DNA from: Dipteris shenzhenensis
Lineage: Eukaryota
Reading direction: 5' to 3' (one strand)
Assembly (NCBI GenBank): GCA_047967505.1
Contig: CM106538.1
Length of the DNA: 64,000 nt
The position numbers and the translations under genes were made by a program. Position 1 is the first letter of the stretch, and every line of letters begins with the position of its first letter. The notes beneath the pieces were generated by a model. The model did not search any database. It was not told the origin of the DNA and worked only from the letters and a program-made list of their open reading frames with translations. Positions 12,204 to 23,721 of this stretch are shown piece after piece.

Positions 12204-13335
12204 TGTCACGAGGATGTGAAAAGTGATGTAAAGTATCTTTGTAACTCAACGCACGCTTAACCCGGGTTAACCTAGTTAAGTGTAGTACTGGTTTGTCCGT
12301 GAGGGACTGGCTAGAAGAAGTCCACACTTCCTAGAAGTTCCTAGGGGCAAAGTCTAGGTGCACCACTGGGTCCTAGGGGCGAGGCAAAGGCTTTAAAGAG
12401 GGGTCTAAAAGTTGGGGGCCCAAGGACAACCAACGTTGTCCTTGGTATGGGGGTTAGGACTTTAATGAAGGGGCGAATGGCAACAAAGAAGTGTTATTTG
12501 TCATGCGTGTGTATGCATGACCTCCCCCCACCAACCATCCCTCTCCTCTCACTCTCCTGGAGGCTTGGATGTCTAGCAGAAGCTTCCTGTGGCTGTTTCG
12601 TTGGATTTTAATCTTTGGCTATTGTTCTGAGACTCTCCCTAGTTCCTGCAAGTTCTAGAAGCAGCCCTGGCTGCTACTCGAAGCAGTTGTACGGCCTGGT
12701 GCAGATCGTGAGGCAGCTTTTTGGTGTCACATTCCAATTGTATAGCCGTACGGACTGTACGGCTTGGTACTGATCAGGGCGGGGGTCCCAAGGAGGTACC
12801 TTAGGCTGGTTGAAGCGAGGATTGGAGGCCAGATCCCAGTGCAGAGGTTCTCGGGCAGATCTGCATGTTTGAGAGCCCTAGGGACAGTGTGAATGCATGT
12901 GATAGCCTTGAGTCTGCCTTGAGCTCAGTTTGCCAGTAGTATGGATGCCTGAATGCCTCTCAGATAAAAAATGGATGCCTGACTACGCTTGCCAATTGAA
13001 ATTCTAGTGGTGCACTTGGATTGGATGCCTTGAAGATAAGTAGAGGATTTGCAGAGAGGAACAGTGCAAGGGTGAATCCCTGTTGTAAAGCATTTCCATT
13101 CAGAAGCATTAATAAATACCGTAAGGCGGCGCCAAGGCATTTGGGGCCAGTGGGTGCATTGTGTATTGTTTTCATTGAGCAGGGGCATTCTAGCCTCACC
13201 TTTGTTGTTGTTGAAGTTTGTTTCTAAGTTATGCTAACTGGATGAAGTGACCGAAGCTTGCATTGTGGCTATTAATGAAGTTTATGACTGAGTAGAAGAA
13301 GATCACTACCTTTTGTTTATTGAAGGCCGGTTTCA
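12204..13335 (+). repeat. 5' LTR of chromovirus-type Ty3 element A
   Basis: TGTCAC...TTTCA termini; reverse-complement match to 20338-21741. Confidence 0.88.
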
Positions 13336-13812
13336 ATGGTTCCATTGTAAGAATAGTCACCATCTTCCCACAAAGGTGAGCCCTAGTGGTGTTGGGTGAA
13401 GGACACCTTCATTGCAATTGTTGCTATAACCATCAATCTTAGCAAGCATGTCATACTATGAGAGGTCATTGACCATCTCTGAGCAGGAGGGGCAGGAGGA
13501 AGACAAAGCATCAAAGAGCTTTGAAGAGGAGCACAGCATTAGCAGGGGTGATGACCAGCAGGATAGTGGGTCATAGCCAGTTTCTCCTAAACATGCCACT
13601 GAGGAGTCACAAGATGAGGTAGATGAGGCAGAGGAGCTTGATCCCAATGCCCTTTTTCAACTACGAATGCAAAGTGTAGTGGGAGCCCTATCGGAGTTGT
13701 CACAGAGATTATGCAAGCTCCTCCCCCTGGAAGCATAAAGACAGCTCAGAAGAAACATAAGAAGCATAAGAAGACTCACAGGCACGTTTCTTTGAGTGGA
13801 TAGCCTTTAGAG

Positions 13813-16800
13813 ATGCCCTCGATCACCCCTGTAGTAGCGGGTAATGCCAACAACTTTCATTCAGTCAATCAGGGACAGCAAGCCCTTTCTCAGCCCACAA
13901 TGCATCCAGGATATTTCGAAGGGGGATCAGTTTTTCAGGCAATGGTGGCACCATCCGCAGAGGCACATGGAATGCCAGGAAGCTTTATGGGCAGCACACA
14001 GCCCAGAATGCAGAATTTCCAGCAACCTATGATGGGTGGAATGCCCCCTGCAAATGCCAATATCATGTACTCAAACACTGGGATGCAACCTGGAATGCAG
14101 ACAGGAATGCCTTGGAATATGCCACAGATGCAAGGAGTGGGACTTGGAATGCCTAACCCCACCATGGGTACGGGTGGAATGGCTCAAAATGCAGGAGCAG
14201 TGATGCCCCCACCATTTTTACAGCCCCCCGTTTATGACAATCTCACCCCTAAAGGCAAATTGAAAGATTACAAGGAGGGGGGGCAACTGTCAAGTTTGAG
14301 ACCTTCAATGGGATGCAAGACAGATTGAAGGCTTTGACATTCATACAACAGTTTGATGCTGCCTACTCAGGTGGACAATTTACAGAATTTTACAAAGCCC
14401 GAAAGGCAGCCACCTTTTTGAAGGGCAATGTGCTCCAATGGTGGATCAACCTTCTCTTGCAAGGCAGAGCACCTACCACTTGGGTCAAATTCAAACAGGT
14501 TTTCTCAGCAGCATGGCTCACTACCACTTTTGAGGTGGATATCATGACCGCTTGGTACAACTTAGATGCTGCAAATTAAAGAAATTTGAAGGACTACAAT
14601 AAGAAGTTTTGGGAAGCCCTACTACCAGTGAGTTCTTACAGACAGTACCACTGTCCGAGCAAATTAAAAGATATTGCTGCAGGTTGCTAAAGGAGATTCG
14701 GGACTACTGCACAAAGACAAGGGTCTCCAATATGTCCCAGTTGGTTGAGAATGCCACTACCGCTTATGCACTAATGCAAGGGAAGGTTTCTGAGTTCAGA
14801 GGAAGCTCACAGGAGACATCCAGGTCAAAGGGCAGCAAGCGGAATCCCCTAAGAAGTTCAGAAAGTTTTCGAATCCCATGAAGGCAAAGTTTGTTGCAGG
14901 ACAGAGGCGAGTACCGATCCGTATGCCAGATGAGGAAAAACAAATTCTTTATGATGCCAAAAAGTGTTATATTTGCAAGGAGGACGGTCACAGGGCTTTT
15001 GAATACCCACATAAGAAGCGGAAGTTCCCTCCTATTGAGCATGGTGAGCACAAGGAGGAGAAGAGGACTGATCAGAAGAATAAAAATCCCAAGCCCACTG
15101 CTGGTCTTTTGCCAAAACTAATTGGGGCTGTTCAGAATACAGATGCTACAAAGTTATGCCGGGCATGGGGCAAGATAAGAGACCAAACACCTCTGATGTT
15201 TTTCGATCCATCAGCCAAGGCTAACTTCATCTCTCCAGAGCTGGCTGGAAAGTTGGGAAAACGGGCTGAAGAGATGGGTCCCTTGTGTGATGCAAATATG
15301 GCTTGTCCAAGACTCAGCCAATCAGTTACCCCAGTGATAGGCAAGCTACGGCTACATATTCAGAGCTAGTGGACACAGAGGAGTTCTTTATTATGCCGTT
15401 GAATGGTTGTGATGTGTTATTAGGGATACCTTGGCACTTTCGTGTTGGGGCTGCTTTGGATAAAACCATCACAATCATTCACCGTGGCAAAACCCACGTT
15501 CTTGATGCTAAATTGAAGGGAGAATCCACCCCTGTTGTATCTGCTTCCGCCATTGGCAACGTAAAGAAAAAGTACCTTTCAGCGTACTTAGTGTTTGCAT
15601 CTGAAAGCAGAAGAGTCTCATTTTTCTAAGCTGGAAAAACAGCGGACAGATTTTCTTTTTCAGTTTAAAGAATGTTTTTTTGACTCACTTCCACAGGAGT
15701 TGCCCCCTGATAGGCCAGAAGACCATATGATAGATATAATCCCTGGTAGCAGCCCTCCTAACTGACCTCCTTACAGGGTCAGTGCAGCCCAGCAAGAGGA
15801 AATTATGAATCAGGTCAAGGACCTATTGGAGAAGGGGCTGATTCAACCCAGCTCTTCACCCTACTACTCACCCATGCTCTTGTTCCAGAAGAAGGATGGA
15901 TACTGGCGGATGTGCATTGACTACAAAGCCCTCAATAAAATTACCATTAAGAATAGATTCCCTATACCCAGGATAGATGATATTTTGGATAGGTTACAGG
16001 GGTCGGAATGTTCAGCCGCATTGATTTGATGCGTGGTTATCACCAGATCAGAATTCAGCCAAAGGATGTCCACAAAACAGCATTTCGTACCACATTTGGT
16101 TTATACGCGTTTCTTGTCATGCCATTTGGGTCAACCAATGCTCCTTTAGAATGATGGACAGAATTTTTAGAGAACACCGAGCCTTTGTTGGCACTTTCTT
16201 TGATGACATCATCGTGTTCTCTCAAGATGAGGCTGAACATAAGCACCACCTGGCAATTGTTCTTGAGGAGCTACGGAAGCATAAGTTGCTTGTCAATGCC
16301 AAGAAAAGTGATTTTTTCATGCATGAGATCCATTTTCTCGGGCACATTGTTTCCAAGGATGGAGGTAGGATGGACCCCGCCAAGGTAGAGGCCATCAAGA
16401 ATTGGCCACACTTGAAGAACATCCATGAAGTACGCAGCTTTCTGGGCTTGTGCTCATACTATAGGAGGTTCATCCGGTATTTTGCACAGATTGCATCTCC
16501 TTTACATGCCTTACAGAAGAAAAAGGTCACCTTCAGATGGGGTCCCAACTTACAGAAGAAAGGGGTCAGCTTCAGATGGGGTCCCAAAGGAATTGCAGCT
16601 TTTGACCTACTAAAGGAGAAACTCTGCTCAGATCCTGTGATTATTTTGCCAGATCTTCGCAAACCCTTCGCTGTCCAAGCAGATGCATGTGGGAGCAGCG
16701 TAGGAGGGGTACTTATGCAAGATGGTAGAGTCATGGCATACGAGAGTAGAGTGCTCCAAGATGCTGAGATGAATTTTGGCATCTATGAGAAAGAGATGTT

Positions 16801-16988
16801 GGCTGTTATACATGCTCTTTCCACCTGGAAGCATTATCTTTTGGGTGCTGATTTTCATGTTCAGCCCGATCATCAGTCATTGCGGTACTTTCTAATTCAA
16901 AGAAAGTTGTTTGAGAAGCATATGAGGTGGGAAAATTTTGCTTCTATGTTTCATTTTCAGATTGTGCATGTACCTGGGAAGAAGAACC
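13813..16988 (+). pseudogene. Ty3 gag-PR-RT-RH of element A (5' half), disrupted
   Basis: FIQQFDAAY (gag), CYICKEDGH, FFDPSAKANF (PR), WRMCIDYKALN, FFDDII (RT), ADACG..YESR (RH). Ends at FQIVHVPGKKN. Confidence 0.9.
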
Positions 16989-17728
16989 CACTATCACATT
17001 TGATCCACTTCCATGACCAGGTATGCATTGGGCTCTATCTGCTTGAGATGCGCCGACATAGAGAGACCCTGCTACAATAGATCAGAGAGTAGCAGGAGGC
17101 GACCAAACCACCAGATACAGAGGCTGAGTAGACACAGTGATGAGTCATAGATTTCTGTTTTTTGAGTCAGCTCCAAGACACAGTGGGATTGAGAAGGAGG
17201 AGCTAGCCGATACGCAAGTAGTCTGGATTACTAAGAGAGGCATGCAAAGGCCACCCGCAATGCGGAGAGCACCCTCTATTGAGGTCAGACCTATTACAGC
17301 TTTCCTCAGAGGAGACCGCCCGAGATGAGGGGTCACTCTGAACATAGCTCAGTGGGTTCAAAGATCGAGGAGACCACGTCCCCCTCTACCACCACAGCAT
17401 GAGACAACTTGATAGACGCAGATCTGAGACATTTTCACCGCTCATAGACAAGCCACCACACTGCCCGGTTTCGGATTATGAGTTTCAGTTCCAATTCCAG
17501 CTCCAATCTCGACCTACTTCAGATAGCACATGATGATGCATTTTGTACTTGATTTTGCTTGATCTATTGAGCTTTTTATTTCAGCATAGTACTTAGCAAG
17601 GGCCTTAGCACGCCCTTTTGCTCCAGCCCTCTGTGGCTTGTGCGAGTTCTTTCCCTTTCGGTGTATTTTGCACTTTGTCCCATAGGACTACGAGGCCTCC
17701 CGCAGATGTTAATATTTCTTTCTTTCTT

Positions 17729-17732
<4 letters not shown>
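16989..17732 (+). mobile_element. 5'-truncated RTE LINE 3' end with (TTTC) tail
   Basis: PLSHLIHFHDQVCIGLYLLEMRRH is shared with the copies at 28570-28971 and 34295-34522; conserved 3' motif; runs into (TC)n. Confidence 0.8.

Positions 17733-17774
<42 letters not shown>
17733..17774. repeat. (TC)n microsatellite
   Basis: Read directly from the sequence. Confidence 0.95.
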
Positions 17775-17778
<4 letters not shown>

Positions 17779-18180
17779 AACTCCTTAGCATCCTCCTCCT
17801 CTATCGATATACTCCAACGTTTCATAAAAAATCGAATAATGAAGGCAGTGCTATTGAGCACATATGTGCTCTCTTGTTCTTGACATTGCTCCTCTAGTTC
17901 CTACTGAGAGAGCATCGGACTCCACTATTTTGGGGATCTGACTCTGGGTTGGGATGAGGATTTTTAGCCAAAACATTTAGGGCCTTGGTGGTATTCTTGA
18001 TCGTCGCTAAAGGTAGTTGGTTCATAGTTAGCTTCATCCAAGTGTTACCGGGGGTCGTATATCTAGAAGACAAGTTGGATGGTAGAGACTGCAGAAAGTC
18101 AAATAAATTGCTTTTAGGTCACACCATCTAGTCTCTTGCTTTTGGCGTTAGGGGAAGGAATTTTATTTCACTTTCATATT

Positions 18181-18305
18181 CTTTTCTCTCCCTAGTGGTT
18201 GGATATGGCATTATCACTCTCTCTAGCATAGTGAATCTTACTTTTCTCTTCCTGGGGGTTGGATATGACATTATCACTCTCTCTAGCATAGTGAATTTTA
18301 CTTTT
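18181..18305. repeat. 60-bp tandem duplication
   Basis: Sequences starting at 18181 and 18241 are near-identical. Confidence 0.9.
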
Positions 18306-20337
18306 GATGGACGAATCTAAGGTTGGTCTTCACAACCTTAAAACCCCAACAATAGAGGGGAAAAGTATCTGGGTTTGGAAGGAACTTCTATTCAGGTCTC
18401 CCATTGCAGACTCATGGATTATTGGATGTGACTTCAAGGGGTGACTTCAACATGATGGAGTTACCCTTAGATAAAAAAAGGGGAAGAGAAGAAGGCCCCC
18501 ACTATCTTGAGAGAGTCACCTTGAATCCTTTCCTTTTCCAGCTCAATGGCGGATTCTTGGATGGAAGATGCTTTTCATGCAATGCCTTCCTCACTCCTAT
18601 TTTCTTGGTCTAATAGGAGATATCAGATGCCCATCCATGCACGGAGTGACAAACTTTATGTTACACTCCATAGAAGTGGCACTATTTACATTGCCCCAAA
18701 GGTGTCCACTTCACATTAATTTTCGATAGCCTTGATGGTTTCTGAGCCACATGTGCATGCCTAACCTATTCTACCAGTATTGGGATTCCAGATGTTTCGA
18801 TGGAGAGGTCTTTAAGAGACAATGTCACAGATTGGGTGTCTCATATGCAGGGTGGTGTGTCTTCACCTTTGGATGTCGTAGCCGCCCTCTTCGGCATTAG
18901 CGATTCTTATCACTCCACTCATAGCACCAAGAGACATGAGATTTTGAGACGTGAAATTGTTATACGTCAGCAACTTAGCAGCCGATAGAGGGAAGAGCAG
19001 AAGCAGCTTGTAGATGCTTGGATTTAGAAGTGCCTTGCTGCAGCAAGGGCTCAACATTAGGCACTTTTGGATCACAGAGCTGAGTATGCCTTTCATGCGT
19101 AGGAGTCCTTTTGCATTCAAACGGGACAAAAAGTCAATATACACTTTTTCTCTACTTTTTCAACATGTTCACTTCAATTTGGACTATATTTCAAACTTGG
19201 AGCTCCCATATATACAAGGTGAAGCATTCCAATAAAAATCTTTTTGGTTGCTTTGTTGGCTTTAGGAAAGACTTCATGCTATATTGTAAGCTTGTTCATA
19301 TTTGCAATGTCCAAGGTGCAAGGATTCCATAGGATGTCATTCTAGAGTTCTTCTGGCTTTCTAGGCGCAACTGTAAGGCAAGCTAGTAGTATCTTGTTTT
19401 TTATACTCTTTGGGCTATAAAATTGACAATGAGGTTTCAGCATGGAGGGGTAGGCTCCTCAATTCTGGATACCCTTGCCATTTTGCTATTGCTATTCTTT
19501 AAATGGGTACGAGTTAGTATTTAGTAGTGGCATCCCCAATTGCCTTATTATTTGAACATTTTATTTCTTGTTTTGTTGAGCAGCTACATTTGGATGCAAT
19601 CAAGTCCTTTTGTATAAGGAGGAAGATATTGGTGAACTTATCCAAGAGAAACTCCATGATGTTTTAATCCTCCATTGTGGGAATGTCAAGTCTTCCTTTG
19701 TGGTGGAAATAGCTGCATGTAACATGCAGCAGTTAATGATCGTGTAATCACAGCGAGACCTTTAAACCTTATTGCGAGTCGTATGCATATGCACCATAGA
19801 GAGGAAGAGAGTTTAGGGTTAGAGAAATGGAGACGACAACCGATTGGGTCCCTGTACCCACCACTAAGGGCACCCTTGCCAAATATAGGAAGAATTTTCT
19901 TTAAACTTGGAGAACTTCGAAATACAAAAGACACTCCTCACAAGAGCACGGAATGCAACTCAAAGGCTGACACCTTGAACACGGGAGCTAACCCACAATC
20001 CTGAGAAAATAGACCAGGAATGACCAAGTCCGCAATGCTGTCCACATTGACAATGCAGACAAATGTGCGTGGCCATTGAAGAGGCTTGTATTGTGGCTGG
20101 GCTAAATCAGAATTGACATACACATTGCCAATGGCCTCCCTATAGCAATAGGACAACTTATGGATTCTTCACAGTAGCTCTATATAGACAATACTTTTAG
20201 GAGCTACTACTCGTTGTCCTTGAAGGCTATCTTGGTTCAAGATACCTAATAGAAAACAATTAGAGGATGGTCGTTCCATGCACTAGATTTATCAAGAGAA
20301 AATAAAGGATGCAATGATACACATTCCCTTTGGATAC

Positions 20338-21741
20338 TAAAACCGGCCTTCAATAAACAAAAGGGCAATGATCTTCTTCTACTTAGTCATAAGCTTCATT
20401 AATAGCCACAATGCAAGCTTCAGTCACTTCATCCACTTAGCACAACTTAGAAACACACTTCAACAACAACAAAGGTGAGGCTAGAATGCCCCTGCTCAAT
20501 GAAAACAGTACACAGTGCACCCACTGGCCCCAAATACCTTGGTGCCCTTTACGGTATTTATTTAATGCTTTTGAATGGAAATGCTTTACAACAACGATTT
20601 ACCCCTGCACTGATCCTCTCTACAATTCCTCTACTTGTCTTCAAAGGCATCCAATCCAAGTGCACCACTAGAATTCCAACTGGCAAGGCATACTCAGGCA
20701 TCCACTCTTGATCTGAGAGGCATTCAGGCGTCCATACCATTGGCAAACTAAGCTCAAGGAAGCCTCAAGGCTATCACATGCATTCACACTGTCCCTAGCC
20801 TTCCACAAGAACACCCTTGCCTCTGGGTGCTTGCTAGAACCTGTAGGAGTCCTAAAAGGACTGCAAACAACACAAATGCACTGCAAAAAGCTCCAAATCA
20901 ATAAAGAACAATGAAAAATAGAACTTGGAACCAATTCCCTTTGTCTGTGGCAGAGGGGCGAGCTCCTTCCTCGCGCCTTCCTCTGCCAGGCTCCCCATAG
21001 GGTGCAAGTGGCTTCCAACAATAAGGGTAAGATAGAAATGAAGGTAGAGAGCAGAAGATGAGCAAGAAAGAGCTATAGAGGATCTCAAACATGCAGATCT
21101 GCCCCAGATTCTCTACACCCGGATTTGGCCTCCAATCCTCGCTTCAACCAGCCTCAGATACCTCCTTGGGACCCCCACCTTGATCTGTACCAAGACATAC
21201 AGTCCGTATGGCTGTATGGCTGGAATGTGACGCCAAAAAGCCGCCTCACAATCTGCGCCAGGCCGTACAACTGCTTCGGGATGCGGGCTAGCAGCCGGGG
21301 CTGCTTCTAGAGCTTGCAGGAGATGGGGAGAGAGTCAGAACAGCAGCCAAAGAGCAAGGGCAGCAGCAAAATCCAACGAAACGGCCACAGGAAGCTTTTG
21401 CTAGACGTCCAAGCCTCCAGGAGAGTGAGAGGAGAGGGATGGTAGGTGGGGGTAGGGCATGCATACACATGCATGACAAATGCGACTTCTTTCTTGCCAT
21501 TTGCCCCTTCATTAAAGTCCTAACCCCCATACCAAGGACAATGTTGGTTGTCCTTGGGCCCAATCTTTAGACCTCTCATTAAAGCCTTTGCCGTGCCCCT
21601 AGGAACTTCTAGGAAGTGTGCACTTCCTCTAGCCAGTCCCTCACGGCCAAACCATTACTACACTTAACCATGCTTAACCCCGGGTTAAGCGTGGGTTGAG
21701 TTACAAAGATACTTTGCATCACTTTTCACATCCCCGTGACA
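20338..21741 (-). repeat. 3' LTR of the same family as LTR A, inverted relative to it
   Basis: Reverse-complement match to 12204-13335 with a ~290-bp extra segment (~20800-21085); PPT aagaggaggg on minus at ~21744-21753. Confidence 0.88.
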
Positions 21742-22044
21742 TACCCTCCTCTTAAAACAGCAAACTACCTAGGTTGCTGCTGAAAAATTACAGTGAAAGT
21801 AAAGTAATGCAAATAGGCAGAAATAGCCCATACTAGAATATACATCATCTGTAAGATACAATTTGCAATGATAATATGGGCTACGAGAGCTCGAGAGTCC
21901 ATCCATACATCAATGCATCCTCTGTGTCGAGTGTCTGGAACACCCATCATGGAGACCTCACGGCAGAAATACTGTCAGCAAGCAGCATCTCAGGTGAGAC
22001 AATTGGTGTCACCAAGCGATCTCCAAATACGTGAGCACTCTGCA

Positions 22045-23650
22045 TCAAGTAAGTGGAGGTGCTACCCTCCTCTTGAGCATCAGGCGATGCTCCAGATCTC
22101 TGCTCTGCTCTGCTAAACCTGTAGGAGCCTGCACCACAGTGGGCTCAAACTGAAATGCTTCTCGGTAGAGCTGCAAAAGCTGAGGTGACTCTACCAGATC
22201 ACCCTCCTCCATCCACTTCGCATCCAGTGTAGGATAATTCCTGAAATTCACTAGGTAGCAATGGGAAACTCTACCTTATGCGTGCCAAAATTTGTTCCAA
22301 AACCAAGATTTCATCCAATTCTTCAACGTCGGGCTAATCCTCATGAAGTAGGGCAGCAGGCACATCACCCTGGAAAGGCTTCAATAAACTCACATGAAAG
22401 GCATTGTGTATGGTCCAAGTGGCAAGTAGCTTCAGCCTATAAGCTACATCATTAATTCGTTCAAAAACCTGGAAAGGACCATAGTACCTCATCTTGAGCT
22501 TTGTGTACACTTTGGTCTTGCCTTTCATCTTCATGAGTCGTGCTTTCTTAAAACGCAGCAGCACCCAATTGCCCTCTTTCAAGAGTAACTCTTGGCGATG
22601 CTTATCTGTTGCCCGTTTGTGCTTCTCTTGGCTTTTTCAGAGGGCTGTTTTGATCTTCTGGTAAGCAACATCCAAGCTCTCCACAAATCTGTCCGCTTCA
22701 AAAATCTTCTCTTTCATATGTAGAATGGGAGGTACCTTCCGTTCTCCCGCCACAATTTCAAAGGGGGCTTTCCCTATGGATGAGTGTACAGTGTTGTTGT
22801 AAGCGAACTCAACAAGTGGCATAAATTGCTCCCATTTCGATTGCTGATTCGAAACATAGCACTTGAGAAGATCAAGGGTAGTGTAGTTGGCTTCTTCGGA
22901 CTGCCCATCAGATTCAGGATGAAAAGAGGATGGAAAATTCAGCGTGGTGCCCATATTCTCAAAGATACCTCTCTAGAAAAGACTTGTCATTTATCAATGA
23001 CAATTGATTGAGGCATCCCGTGATGTTTAAACACATGAGACATAACGAGTCTCGCCATCTGGTCTGTTTAATTTTCTTCCTTATGGGAATAAAGTGAACC
23101 TGCTTGCTGAATCTGCAAATAATGGTCCATATCCCATCATGTCCTGATGGTGTACGAGGAAGATCAAAGATAAAAACCATGGCAATGCTCTACTAGGGTC
23201 GATCAGGAAGAGGTAAAGGCTGCAGCAATCCAGCCGGCTTCTGCCTATCGTATTTCACCTTCTGGCAGGTGATGAATGTCTTGACATATGCCTCGACATC
23301 CTTCCTCAATGACAGCCAAAAGAAATAGTGCTCCACAGCTTTGATGATGGAATCAATACCTCTATGTCCTGCATAGGGTGGAACGTGACTCTCTGTTAAA
23401 ACTTTGGACCTCAATTGTTTCGTGACACACAGTCTACCATGCATCATTAAAAAACCGTCTTTGAGAGTATAGTGCTCATGCCTCTGACCTTCAACCAACT
23501 GATCATAAATCCGTGAAAAATCAGCGTCATTGGCATATTGATCCTTCATGGCATCAAGCTCATGATGATATGCAATGGTCACTGTTGAAACTTGTGGCTT
23601 AACAAACACTGCATCTGGGGTGGGTGTAAGTGAGAGTGCATCTGCAACAA
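22045..23650 (-). pseudogene. Ty3 integrase plus chromodomain (element B, 3' half)
   Basis: [49 protein letters not shown]; (V)NFRNYPTLDAKWMEE chromodomain-like segment. Confidence 0.9.
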
Positions 23651-23721
23651 AAAAGCCACCATGCATTCTTAGTGAGCAAAGCAAGTCCATTTTGAGCAAC
23701 CGTAAAGCTTTTTTATGAAGC

